A DNA stretch of 64,000 nt from an uncultured Desulfosarcina sp. (GCA_963674945.2 CAXXWQ010000004.1:1024001-1088000), one strand, 5' to 3'; counted from the first letter of the stretch, positions 1-8,903 are shown. The notes: a model not told the origin generated them from the sequence alone. Program-made: numbers and translations.

Positions 1-162
1 ACCCAGCGTATTCAACGCATCGTCGTCATAGTGTTCGATCCGTTCGGCAAAGGCCATGATATGGGGCTTGATGATGGTAAGGCTGTGCTGACAATCTTTG
101 CAGCAGCCTAAAAAGTCATGTTTTTTCAGTTCGTGCTCATGGTGATAGTTGACATCGTGCAT
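1..162 (-). CDS. 5' part of a gene running off the window; His/Cys-rich N-terminus (MHDVNYHHEHELKKHDFLGCCKDCQH...), product unknown
   Basis: Manual translation: ATG at 162, frame open to position 1; starts 24 nt after the CbiO stop; absent from the ORF track. Confidence 0.7.
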   Translation of the reverse strand, partial: MHDVNYHHEHELKKHDFLGCCKDCQHSLTIIKPHIMAFAERIEHYDDDALNTLG

Positions 163-186
163 GGGAATCGTTTTCCGGGTTGGATG

Positions 187-2058
187 TTATTTTTCCTGGT
201 CTGGATTCGGGTCATTTTCCTTGGCGGCGGTCAGGGAGGACTCATCCCGGGCCGAATGGTCGTGGTCGTGGACGCCATGATCGCCTTCATTATGATGATC
301 ATCATGATATCGCCTTGCTGCATGCTCGTGCGGATCATCTTTGCCGGGATGGCTGTGCAGAAAACGGTGTCGGTGAATGTGATGGTGCTTGTGGAGGTGG
401 TCGTGGGCCATCAACTGGTGTTCATGGGGATGATCGTGCAGATGCCGGTGAAAATGGCTGTGCTCGTGTTCGTGTTGCAAGGCCAGGATGGCCTCGCTGC
501 AGCGCAGACGGTAAGTATAGGCCAGGCCGTTGAGATTCGCCAGCCCTGGATCCTTGAAAAACCCGTCCGTTGACATGTCCTGACAGATTGCTCCCTGGTG
601 CATGATCACCGTCCGGCGGGTCAATGCACCGACAAAAAACATGTCATGGCTGACCAGCAGCAGGGTTACATCCAGTTCCCCGAGGATGGCCAACAGCAGT
701 TCCTCTCCCCGGGGATCGAGTCCGGCCGAGGGTTCGTCCAGGACGATCAGCTTGGGCGACATGGCCAACACACAGGCCAGGGCCAGGCGTTTGCGCTCGC
801 CGCCGGACATGTGTAGCGGAACGCGACCTTCGAACCCCTCCAGGTGCACCAGGGATAGCGCTTCTTCGATGCGCTGGCGGACTTCGTTTTTGGAAACGCC
901 CAACTGCCTCAGGCCAAAGGCGATCTCCTCTTCCACACTGGGACAAACGAGTTGATCGGCGCTGTCCTGGAAAACCATGCCGATGTTGCGCCACAAATAC
1001 CTGCGCGAGTGGCGGGTCACGGGCCGGCCTTCAAAAAGATAAGTCCCGTCGCCTTTATGCAAACCCAGCAGGCAGGCCAAGAGGGTGCTCTTCCCGGCCC
1101 CGTTTTCGCCCACCAGGGCCATCCGCTCGCCGCTTTCGATGCAAAGATCGATCCCGGTCAAGGCATGGGTCCCGTCCGGATACCGGAAATGATAGTCGTG
1201 CAGATCGATCATGGGCGGAACGGGCGAAGTTGTCGAAGGGCAGGCAATCCGGCAAGTGCAGGCCGGTTGCCCGATATCCACGCAATTGGTAGTGGGTTCC
1301 AGCCGGAAAGAGAAATCGAGGCCGTGGGATCGCAACCGGCTGCGCTGGGCCACCAGGTCGTTCATGGTGTAGTCGTGGGCGATGCGTCCCTTCTCCATGA
1401 CCACGGCCCGTTGGCACAGTTCATAGAGAAAAAGCAGGTCGTGACTGACACAGACGAGCGTTCCCGCAAAATCCATCAGCAGATCCAGAAAAACCTGTTC
1501 CTGGCTGGGATCCAGGTTGGCGGTTGGCTCGTCGAGAAGCAAAACTTCCGGCTGCATGGCCAGCAGTCCGGCCAATGCTGCCCTTTTTTTTTGCCCGAAA
1601 CTAAGATGATGCGGTGGCTTATAGGCCTTGTCCGCCAGATGAACCCGCTCCAATGCCCGGAGAGAGGCCGCATGGGCATGCTCACGGGCAAGGCCCTGAT
1701 TGGAGGGCCCAAAGGCAACATCGTCGATCAAGGTATGCCCGAAAAGCTGATCGTCGGGGTCCTGAAACAAAAGACCGATGGAAAGCCGGCTGCGATCGAG
1801 ATGATCGTCTTGGAGCGGCTCTCCCTTAAAACGTACGATCCCATCGTCGGGCAGCAACAATCCGCAGATTTGTTTGATCAACGTCGTTTTGCCGGACCCG
1901 TTTTGTCCCACCAGGGCGATGCGGTCGCCCGGGGCAATCTCGAGGGTAATTCCGCTTAGGGCCTGGGGACCATCCACATAACGATAGTTCAAATCCGTAA
2001 GGCAAAATAGCGGATCTTTCACTCCGGGTGGCGGTATGTGAGCATTTTTTTCGTGCAT
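187..2058 (-). CDS. cbiO: ECF-type Co/Ni transporter ATPase with two ABC domains and a His-rich C-terminal tail
   Basis: Two Walker A motifs (GQNGSGKTT, GENGAGKST), FQDPDDQL/FQDSADQL Q-loops, LSFGQKKR/MSGGERKR signatures, LLDEPT/VLDEPS; start moved to MHEKNA (2058) to avoid overlapping cbiQ. Confidence 0.9.
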   Translation of the reverse strand: MHEKNAHIPPPGVKDPLFCLTDLNYRYVDGPQALSGITLEIAPGDRIALVGQNGSGKTTLIKQICGLLLPDDGIVRFKGEPLQDDHLDRSRLSIGLLFQDPDDQLFGHTLIDDVAFGPSNQGLAREHAHAASLRALERVHLADKAYKPPHHLSFGQKKRAALAGLLAMQPEVLLLDEPTANLDPSQEQVFLDLLMDFAGTLVCVSHDLLFLYELCQRAVVMEKGRIAHDYTMNDLVAQRSRLRSHGLDFSFRLEPTTNCVDIGQPACTCRIACPSTTSPVPPMIDLHDYHFRYPDGTHALTGIDLCIESGERMALVGENGAGKSTLLACLLGLHKGDGTYLFEGRPVTRHSRRYLWRNIGMVFQDSADQLVCPSVEEEIAFGLRQLGVSKNEVRQRIEEALSLVHLEGFEGRVPLHMSGGERKRLALACVLAMSPKLIVLDEPSAGLDPRGEELLLAILGELDVTLLLVSHDMFFVGALTRRTVIMHQGAICQDMSTDGFFKDPGLANLNGLAYTYRLRCSEAILALQHEHEHSHFHRHLHDHPHEHQLMAHDHLHKHHHIHRHRFLHSHPGKDDPHEHAARRYHDDHHNEGDHGVHDHDHSARDESSLTAAKENDPNPDQEK

Positions 2059-2068
2059 TGGGCATCTT

Positions 2069-2989
2069 TCAGAAAAAAACGCGGTCATATACCAGCAAGG
2101 CCACACCGACGGCCAACCACAGGCCTGCACCGGCAAGGTCCATGGGCCGAAGGCGCAGTTCGGCCTGAACCGGGAAGCGTCCCTTGTAGCCGCGCGCGCG
2201 CATGGCGTCGAATACCCGTTCGGTGCGCTCGAAGCTGCGCACGAACAACATCCCCAGGAAATTGGCCATGGCCCGGATGGTGGCCAAATCGGACCGTTTA
2301 CGAAAGCCACGCACCTGCATGCCGGTGGACATGCGCCGTGCCTCATGCCGGAATACGTTCAAATAGCGGTAGCTGAGCAGTACCATCTGGCCGGCCATGT
2401 CCGGCACACCCAATCGGGACAGTCCCTGCAATGTAACCGGCAGGGGCGCGGTGGCCAGCAGCGGCTCCATGAGCAGGGTAATGGCCACGGCCTTGGCGGC
2501 AATGGTGGCGGCCAGCCAGAAACCGCGCATGCTGAAATGAAGCCAGTGCCAGTCACCGAAAACGATGACCGTATCACCGCCGTGAAGGGGCACGGTAAAA
2601 GGCATGACCAGCAAAAACATGGTAATGAAACCCACGATGGCCAAAAGCCGCATCACTACTTTTACCAGGGACACCCGGGCTACCACCAATACCAGGCACG
2701 ACAGGCCGATGGCCACGAGCGCCGGCGTCATCTGCTGGATGGCCGTGATCATGAAGCTGTAAACCAGGATGGTGACGATTTTACAGCGCACGTCCCAAAG
2801 GTGAAGCAACGAGCCGCCGGCCGTGCCTTCCAGTTGCGGCACCGACCAGTCCGGATTATCTTTTTCCGCACTGCGCTTACGGACCACCTTCCGGAGCAAG
2901 GTCACCCCGGCGGCCAATAGTCCCAGCGGCGTGATCACCATGGCGAGAAACTGCCACAGCGGGAACCGGATGAGGGTCACATCAGCCAT
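2069..2989 (-). CDS. cbiQ: ECF transporter T component CbiQ/NikQ
   Basis: LHLWDVRCKI, YRYLNVFRHE, GMLFVRSFERTERVFDAMRARGY motifs; several TM segments. Confidence 0.9.
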   Translation of the reverse strand: MADVTLIRFPLWQFLAMVITPLGLLAAGVTLLRKVVRKRSAEKDNPDWSVPQLEGTAGGSLLHLWDVRCKIVTILVYSFMITAIQQMTPALVAIGLSCLVLVVARVSLVKVVMRLLAIVGFITMFLLVMPFTVPLHGGDTVIVFGDWHWLHFSMRGFWLAATIAAKAVAITLLMEPLLATAPLPVTLQGLSRLGVPDMAGQMVLLSYRYLNVFRHEARRMSTGMQVRGFRKRSDLATIRAMANFLGMLFVRSFERTERVFDAMRARGYKGRFPVQAELRLRPMDLAGAGLWLAVGVALLVYDRVFF

Positions 2990-3611
2990 GCGCCGGCCTG
3001 TGGGGGCTTTCGAAGGCACTCAGCAACAAGGCCGGCTTGACACGCGCCAAAAAGCCCACCGTCAGTGCGCTGACCGCACCTTCGATGATAATCACCGGCA
3101 CATGGGCCGCCAAGGCAATCTTGGCCACACCGAAGAAATCCTCGCCGCCGGTGACGAGCAAAACGGCAAGGATAAGCGCCGCCAATACCGTTCCTGCGGC
3201 ACCTGCCAGGCCGCCGATCAATGCCTGGCGCGAGGGTGTGCTACCCTTGAACTTCTGGAAAAACCAACCGCACACGAGTGCGGGAACGCCCATCATCAAG
3301 GCGTTGGCGCCCAGGGCCGTCAGGCCGCCGAATTGAAAGAGCAGACTCTGCAGCAAGAGGCCGAGACCGATGGAGAGAAAGGCCGATGGTCCCAAAATCG
3401 CCCCGGTCAGCCCCGGAATGATGAGATGCACACTGGTCGGACCGAAGGGGATGTGGATCAGGGAGGCGACAAAGAATGCCGCAGTCATGACAGCCAGTTT
3501 CGGCATCTCCTCGCTTTTGGTTCGGCGTGCACTCCAAACGGTCAAGCCGGTACTGATTGCATAGCCGCCAATGGCCACGGAAACGGGAAGAACACCGTCG
3601 GAAATATGCAT
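2982..3611 (-). CDS. cbiM: ECF transporter S component CbiM/NikM
   Basis: Diagnostic N-terminus MHISDGVL; SVHL and LFQFGGLTALGAN motifs. Confidence 0.93.
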   Translation of the reverse strand: MHISDGVLPVSVAIGGYAISTGLTVWSARRTKSEEMPKLAVMTAAFFVASLIHIPFGPTSVHLIIPGLTGAILGPSAFLSIGLGLLLQSLLFQFGGLTALGANALMMGVPALVCGWFFQKFKGSTPSRQALIGGLAGAAGTVLAALILAVLLVTGGEDFFGVAKIALAAHVPVIIIEGAVSALTVGFLARVKPALLLSAFESPHRPAHG

Positions 3612-3614
3612 AAT

Positions 3615-3911
3615 TCACTCCTTGCGCCTGGAGGCCACGTATGCAGCCACACCAAACAGGCCGAAAATATAGCCGATACCAGCGAATACGTCTTTAAGCC
3701 CGGGCTTGTCCAAATCCGCGCGCAAGGCTGCGATTTCCCGCTGGATACGCCTGAGATCAGCGGACAACTTGCCGTTTTGCTCCTTTAGCACCTCGATCAC
3801 CGTTTGCGAGCCCTCACCGTACGATTCCTCCGCCCAACCACCACCTGAAAGGATAAATAGAAAGAGGCACGCGATACCGATCGTCAGACCCCTTCGAATG
3901 ATTATTGTCAT
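3615..3911 (-). CDS. Small Ni/Co transporter accessory membrane protein (signal peptide, coiled coil, C-terminal TM)
   Basis: C-terminal DVFAGIGYIFGLFGVAAY resembles the CbiL/NikL tail; sits in the operon between cbiM and the CbiL-like gene. Confidence 0.7.
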   Translation of the reverse strand: MTIIIRRGLTIGIACLFLFILSGGGWAEESYGEGSQTVIEVLKEQNGKLSADLRRIQREIAALRADLDKPGLKDVFAGIGYIFGLFGVAAYVASRRKE

Positions 3912-4240
3912 TTTCCCGCCTCTACCTCGGATTTTTTCAGCTTGAAACTGTTCTTATGCCCCATGGTTGCATCGATGACGATGTTGAAATCGTCGATCTT
4001 GGGGATATCAAAACTGAACAATCCACCGTTGTCGGTGACCCCTTCCAGAATCAGGTTGCTCTGGCTGTCATACACCATCACCTTGCCTCCTTCCACGGGC
4101 TTACCGTCCGGAAAATAGCTTTCGGTGTATATTTTCCCACTTTCTGCGTAGGCAAATAGGTTGACTTTATGTGCCAGCGCTGTTCCGCTAAAGAGCAGCA
4201 TCACAACCACTGCCACAAGCAAATATTTCATGGTCTTCAT
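3908..4240 (-). CDS. Exported CbiL/NikL-like accessory protein
   Basis: Signal peptide ending ALA-HKVNLFAY; YFPDGKPV and DATMGH motifs. Confidence 0.75.
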   Translation of the reverse strand: MKTMKYLLVAVVVMLLFSGTALAHKVNLFAYAESGKIYTESYFPDGKPVEGGKVMVYDSQSNLILEGVTDNGGLFSFDIPKIDDFNIVIDATMGHKNSFKLKKSEVEAGK

Positions 4241-4272
4241 CGCGGCCTCGATTCTTTTTTAAATCAATATGC

Positions 4273-4311
4273 AAAAACCGGCGCCCTTCCTGATAGCGAA
4301 GGGCGCCTGGT
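4273..4311 (-). terminator. Rho-independent terminator-like hairpin inside the operon, after DUF4198
   Basis: On the minus strand, GGCGCCCTTC/GAAGGGCGCC stem followed by a T-run. Confidence 0.7.
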
Positions 4312-4335
4312 GGATATTCGTCAAACCATGCCCGC

Positions 4336-5145
4336 CTATTTCATGTCGCGGGTATGCACCCAGAAAACCGCACCGATTTCCACGCCCTTGTCGTGGCCAT
4401 CGTGCTTGATTGTCCAACTTGCTTCGTTCAAGGCGGCAAATCCCCACCACCCCGCCTTAGGCATGGCATAGCTGAAGACACCGTTGGCATCGGCCTTGAC
4501 CACCTGGGTCACATAGGGGTCGGCCGGTGGAACGATCTTGCTGATATTGCCGGGAGACGCATTTAAATACTCGACCTCCACCTCGGCAAAGGGGACCGGT
4601 TTGCCCTTGAGCAGCACCTGTCCGGTGAACAGATTTCCGGTCCACAGCCCGTAGGGTCGCGTGAAGGGAATGATCTCGGTTTCCAACCCCACATGCTGGT
4701 CCCATCCTTCCTCCAGACCCAGCGCATCCACGCAGACCTTGGTGTAGTGAATGATAAAACAGTCCTCGGCGGGTTCCCAGTAAGGTTTCGGCTCGACATA
4801 AAAGGTGTAGTCGCCGGGCCTGCGGATTTTATAATCGGTTTTCCAAAAGGTAAATGACTCACTCTGATCCGGACTTTTCCCCTTGGCTTCCTGAAGGCTG
4901 CCCAGCAAATCGGTTTTTTTCCCGTCGTGCATTACCCCGAACTGCTTGGGTTTGACCATCTCCATGTAGTGCCCTTCCATGGGGTGGATGAACTTGACCT
5001 CCACGGTCAGGGTTTTATTGTCATCCTGGGTCACGATGTCATCCGATGGAATCACCGTACCGAAATGGGCCGCCGCCGGATTGGCCGCCATCATCACCCA
5101 TGCCATCATTACCACCGATACCAAACAAAGTTTCGTACGCATCAC
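4336..5145 (-). CDS. DUF4198 family (NikK-like) periplasmic nickel uptake protein
   Basis: Signal peptide ending [34 protein letters not shown] and GWWGFAAL motifs. Confidence 0.88.
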   Translation of the reverse strand: MMRTKLCLVSVVMMAWVMMAANPAAAHFGTVIPSDDIVTQDDNKTLTVEVKFIHPMEGHYMEMVKPKQFGVMHDGKKTDLLGSLQEAKGKSPDQSESFTFWKTDYKIRRPGDYTFYVEPKPYWEPAEDCFIIHYTKVCVDALGLEEGWDQHVGLETEIIPFTRPYGLWTGNLFTGQVLLKGKPVPFAEVEVEYLNASPGNISKIVPPADPYVTQVVKADANGVFSYAMPKAGWWGFAALNEASWTIKHDGHDKGVEIGAVFWVHTRDMK

Positions 5146-5195
5146 AGTTTTCTCCTTTCCGGATTATATAATAATTTGATTGATCATCGCAATCA

Positions 5196-6323
5196 TCAGA
5201 ACGCAACGGCCAGCTGAGCGGTAACGGTATCCGCCTCCATTACATCGTCTTCATACTCGTCGTGCAGGTATTCCAATGCCAGATTGGTGTTTTCGAAGAA
5301 GCCCCAGTTCACCACGATGCCATATTGGGTTTCCGGCATGAAATCCGCACTATCGTCGGCCCCGCCGTAACGCAGGGCCAGTTCCAGGCTGTCTATGATC
5401 ATCGCGCCGAACTCGAGGTTCCAGGCTGATGGTTTTTGCTCCCGGGTATCCGCTGCGTCGTAGAGTTCGCCGGCCTTGAACGAGTCGAGTGCGGCGACAT
5501 ACTCACCGATCAGCTTGAAACGTTCCATGATTTCGATCGTCGCAAATGCGCTCCAGCCACCAATCTGATCGTCGAGTGAATCGACCTGGACAGCCTCGGA
5601 CAAGGAATTCGAAGAAGCCAGATTGGAGGTGTAGGAGGCACCCACCGTGAGGAAGGGAAGGGGATTGGCCACAACGGCGGCCACGTAACTGTCGACGACG
5701 TCATCGTCCCCGGCCTTATCGATGCGGCCGTTAAAAGCGCCCACGGAAATGTCGATCAATTCATCGCCGATGCGGTAGCCGGCAACCACCGCCCCCTCGG
5801 CGGTTTCCCCCAGCACCAGGGTGCTCGGGTCGGTGACGAAGTGGCTGTCAAAATAGCCGAACGGTATGTATTGACGTCCGGCGATCAGATATGCGGAGAA
5901 GGCTTCCGTTCCCGTGATGGTAATAAACCCCTCGTCCACGAAAAGATCATCTTCCTCATACTTGAACAATACATGACCATCCACGTGATCGACGATGCGG
6001 GCATCTACGGCCAGTTCCACGGTGGCCAGGTCCACATCGCTTTCCTTGGTGTCTTCTTCCGCCGGATCGTCGTAGTCTACCTTTTGATAGCCGGCCTCAA
6101 CCTCTATCAATCCACTGATCTGTATGCGGTCATACCACTTGTCTCCCTCCACGGTTCGACCCAGGGCCTGTTCCAGACGTTCGATCCGTTCCTCGATGCC
6201 GGTGACACCACCGGCTTTGGGCTCCGTTTTTTCCTCGGCACCCGATTCTGCGGCTGAAAAACTCGTGGCAACGCATACCATCATGGCAACCATCAAAACC
6301 CCGACCACTTTACTTTTCATCAT
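5196..6323 (-). CDS. LbtU-like outer-membrane porin
   Basis: Signal peptide, coiled coil, ISGLIEVEA, DLATVELAVDA, GRQYIPFG, C-terminal AQLAVAF; AGGAGGAG RBS before the ATG at 6323. Confidence 0.8.
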   Translation of the reverse strand: MMKSKVVGVLMVAMMVCVATSFSAAESGAEEKTEPKAGGVTGIEERIERLEQALGRTVEGDKWYDRIQISGLIEVEAGYQKVDYDDPAEEDTKESDVDLATVELAVDARIVDHVDGHVLFKYEEDDLFVDEGFITITGTEAFSAYLIAGRQYIPFGYFDSHFVTDPSTLVLGETAEGAVVAGYRIGDELIDISVGAFNGRIDKAGDDDVVDSYVAAVVANPLPFLTVGASYTSNLASSNSLSEAVQVDSLDDQIGGWSAFATIEIMERFKLIGEYVAALDSFKAGELYDAADTREQKPSAWNLEFGAMIIDSLELALRYGGADDSADFMPETQYGIVVNWGFFENTNLALEYLHDEYEDDVMEADTVTAQLAVAF

Positions 6324-6742
6324 ACTTCTCCTCCTGTAACATTGAATTGCTATTGGGCTGCATCGAGAAGCAACCGTGCCATACCAATCATCTGCATTCC
6401 ATCGACGTTTATGAGACACCATTAGAATTGCGAGTTGAATTTCTTTTAAACAAGGAATAGAAAGGGCAACGATATCGCGCTTACCCTAAAAGGAGACCTT
6501 CGTGGACTTGATGATTTAAAATCTTTCGATCTTGGTTCTTCGTTGGTTCTTGGAAGGGCTTCGACCCTTAAATTAAATTTGTTTTAAGGCAAATCATTAA
6601 ATTAATCAATCGACTTTTTCGTTTGAGATAAACGAAAGTATGGCGGGGTCTGTCGATATCGGAACAATCTCAAAAGGTACGCCCTACACACCAGCACCTC
6701 TTCCACCGTTCCCATACACCGAATGAATGATCCCTTTCGGGT

Positions 6743-6982
6743 TCATGTCCCGACATGCTTGACGGCGATGGCGTCCAGAGGGCATGCCTCGATACAATCC
6801 CAGCACCCCATGCACATGTCCTGAAAAATCATCGGTGATTCAAAAGGGCCGTCAAGTTGTTTGATTACTTTGTGGTCACAAGCCGGTACGGCCAAACAAC
6901 GCCCCTCTCCGGGGTCGCATCGGTTCGGATGGCAACTTTCGTAGTCAATCGAAGCAAATGTTTTTTTGGACTGTAGATTCAT
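6743..6982 (-). CDS. Small 4Fe-4S ferredoxin-like protein
   Basis: CHPNRC...C...C and CMGCWDCIEACP motifs. Confidence 0.85.
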   Translation of the reverse strand: MNLQSKKTFASIDYESCHPNRCDPGEGRCLAVPACDHKVIKQLDGPFESPMIFQDMCMGCWDCIEACPLDAIAVKHVGT

Positions 6983-7040
6983 CTTTACCCGCTAATCGTG
7001 TGAACTGTCCGAGTTCCTATATTTTTTTGGCCGGTCTCAG

Positions 7041-7175
7041 TTATGGGGGAGTCGCCGCCTTTTTCAGCCCAAGAATCGGGGCGATGGATGCCAGGTCGAC
7101 ATCGGCGATCTGCCTTCGGTAATGGCGATAGTTCTTTTCGAAAATTTCCGCGGTTTGGTCCATGGATGAGGCCAT
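7041..7175 (-). pseudogene. 44-aa ORF resembling the N-terminus of DUF3786-family proteins (probable truncated stub)
   Basis: Manual translation MASSMDQTAEIFEKNYRHYRRQIADVDLASIAPILGLKKAATPP*; GGGGGAG RBS; family resemblance from memory only. Confidence 0.45.
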
Positions 7176-7188
7176 TTCTCCCCCCGTA

Positions 7189-7770
7189 TCAGGCCAAACA
7201 GCCCCTGCAAACCAGCGCCCCGTTCACGGATTCCAGTTCCCGATGAATCTGTTCCATCCAATCGGGCATTTTCAGTTTATCCACCATCAGGTAACTTTTA
7301 GAATACGGTTTTACGTCGATGATCGGGCTGCCATCCACCGCTTCCAGTCCTTTAACAGTAAGCACGTTGCCGTTGCGCGCAACCAGAGAAACCGCCGAAA
7401 CCAGCACTGGGTTAGGTCGGGCCGGGCTGCAGGTGGCAAAAATGCCCTGCATGGGCATATCCTTGCGCCCCATGGGATGCACTTTTCTTAGCCTGCGCCG
7501 GGCCGGGTCGATCAGGTGCGGCCAGTAGAGCACCAGCACATGGGAAAAGCCCTCAATGCCGTCGAGAAGTTCCTCCATCTCAGGATCGATGACCAACTCA
7601 CAGATGCACTCTTCCACCTCCCGATGATGGGCCTTGACGCTTTCCATGCGCATTTCCAATGAAAGGTCGGATTCGCCCGCCGACAGGATGGGTTCCACGA
7701 TCTTGCTGCGCACCACGCCCACAGGCTGCAAGTCCATTTCCGGCGTGTCTTGTTGCCGGGCGTCGTTCAT
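7189..7770 (-). CDS. TsaA/TrmO (YaeB)-like SAM-binding protein
   Basis: LQPVGVVRS, LDGIEGFSHVLVLYWPH, GIFATCSPARPNP, GLEAVDGSPIIDVKPY; GAGGAGG RBS. Confidence 0.88.
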   Translation of the reverse strand: MNDARQQDTPEMDLQPVGVVRSKIVEPILSAGESDLSLEMRMESVKAHHREVEECICELVIDPEMEELLDGIEGFSHVLVLYWPHLIDPARRRLRKVHPMGRKDMPMQGIFATCSPARPNPVLVSAVSLVARNGNVLTVKGLEAVDGSPIIDVKPYSKSYLMVDKLKMPDWMEQIHRELESVNGALVCRGCLA

Positions 7771-7790
7771 GTTCTCCTCCTCTGCGGTTG

Positions 7791-7907
7791 TTATTCGATA
7801 AACGAAACGATTTGCCTTTGGAAGAAGACCTCCACCACCCTTTGCGCCTGGTGTTTGGTAATACCGGTCGACTGTCGTAATTTATCAACTAAATCCGCCT
7901 TGTTCAT
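7791..7907 (-). CDS. 38-aa HU/IHF-like mini-protein or stub (helices 1-2 only)
   Basis: Manual translation MNKADLVDKLRQSTGITKHQAQRVVEVFFQRQIVSFIE*; matches the HU N-terminal pattern; AAGGTG RBS; absent from the ORF track. Confidence 0.7.
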   Translation of the reverse strand: MNKADLVDKLRQSTGITKHQAQRVVEVFFQRQIVSFIE

Positions 7908-7916
7908 TTAAACACC

Positions 7917-8117
7917 TTATTTCGCGGTCTTTACTCGCTTGCCCAACATCTCTTCCAACGGATTGGCACCCATGGCAACCAGGCGGTCCATGATTGCCTG
8001 CTTGAGTGCTGCATCTATTTCGCTTCGAAGCGAATCCATCCCGGCCCAACCATTGTTGACCGAAAAGGCCGCACAGACAATACAGCCTATCGTTATCCAC
8101 CATTTTTTCACTTTCAT
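7917..8117 (-). CDS. Small exported hypothetical protein
   Basis: Signal-peptide-like N-terminus; start overlaps the stop of the upstream gene. Confidence 0.6.
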   Translation of the reverse strand: MKVKKWWITIGCIVCAAFSVNNGWAGMDSLRSEIDAALKQAIMDRLVAMGANPLEEMLGKRVKTAK

Positions 8118-8359
8118 TTAGTGACTCCTTTTCGAATACACAATATCAAATTCTCATTGGTACGTATCAAAAAAGCGTTTATCGGCGACTCTTTGCAGGT
8201 TCTGAATTGATCTATGACTTCTCCAACCTCGTGTCTTTTCTCTTTGATGAAAAAGGCAAGGGGCAAAAACTGGGTGTCATCAAAATCCACTGCCACCGGT
8301 CTTTGGATGTAATCCAGTTGATCTTCGCTGATCGCTCGTAACGCTTCATCTCTTTTCAT
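8114..8359 (-). CDS. Hypothetical protein (81 aa)
   Basis: 4-nt overlaps with both neighbours; protein-like composition. Confidence 0.65.
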   Translation of the reverse strand: MKRDEALRAISEDQLDYIQRPVAVDFDDTQFLPLAFFIKEKRHEVGEVIDQFRTCKESPINAFLIRTNENLILCIRKGVTK

Positions 8360-8553
8360 TCGGATTTGTTTTCAAACAAGACGCGGTGATCGACAAGTTC
8401 CATTGCCTTGATTCGTCCGGTTACGGTTTTTTGTTCACCGAACATGCTGACCAAATGCCACTGGTTTTCTCCTATTGGTTCAATTCGATCCACCGACTCC
8501 ATGATCAGTTCTTCCCTGTCATTGACGACTATATATGCATTTGCTTCACACAT
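8356..8553 (-). CDS. cooT: CooT family nickel-binding protein
   Basis: MCEANAY start (Cys2), IMESVD, SMFGEQK and LVDH motifs. Confidence 0.88.
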   Translation of the reverse strand: MCEANAYIVVNDREELIMESVDRIEPIGENQWHLVSMFGEQKTVTGRIKAMELVDHRVLFENKSE

Positions 8554-8570
8554 AAAAGTCTCCTTATTGT

Positions 8571-8786
8571 TCATCGATCATCTTTTGTTCCTATGGATGA
8601 TAGTGCATTCTCCATACATTCGAGGCTCTCGGCGGTTAAAACTCCAATTTCCCGAATGTACCGCGCGCTATCGCTATTTCCAGTTTTCTCAAGTTCGTCG
8701 GCAAACTGTTCATACTCCTTCATATGATCTGAAGTATGTTTTAGCCAGTGTTCAATCCGGATTTTCGCCTTCATTTCAAATTCCAT
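8571..8786 (-). CDS. Small helical putative metal-binding protein (HWxxHxxxH)
   Basis: RIEHWLKHTSDHMKEY; GAGAGGA RBS; adjacent to cooT. Confidence 0.75.
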   Translation of the reverse strand: MEFEMKAKIRIEHWLKHTSDHMKEYEQFADELEKTGNSDSARYIREIGVLTAESLECMENALSSIGTKDDR

Positions 8787-8882
8787 AGTATCCTCTCACT
8801 TGTGTTGTCCCATTTTCTGCTTCCCATCTTCCGAAATCCGATTTCTCTCGTAATACTGTTTGGTTGTCTTTGGCCTGGAAGA

Positions 8883-8903
8883 GCTTTTTACGAGTTCATC
8901 AAT
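8883..8903. repeat. Solitary half-site of the dispersed MITE/REP-like element
   Basis: TTTTTACGAGTTCATCAA closely matches the element ends TTTTTACGAGTTGATCAA (61219) and TTTTTACGAATTCACCAA (33239). Confidence 0.6.

Noticed and set aside
118..573. Plus-strand Val/Met-rich ORF
   Set aside because: It is the antisense shadow of the His-codon run in the cbiO tail
6324..6742. Cobalamin riboswitch or Fur/NikR box upstream of the porin-cbiMQO operon
   Set aside because: No B12-box elements found; only weak AT-rich partial palindromes
7189..7191. Selenocysteine read-through at the TGA after CRGCLA
   Set aside because: No SECIS-like hairpin, and a separate RBS and ATG follow immediately
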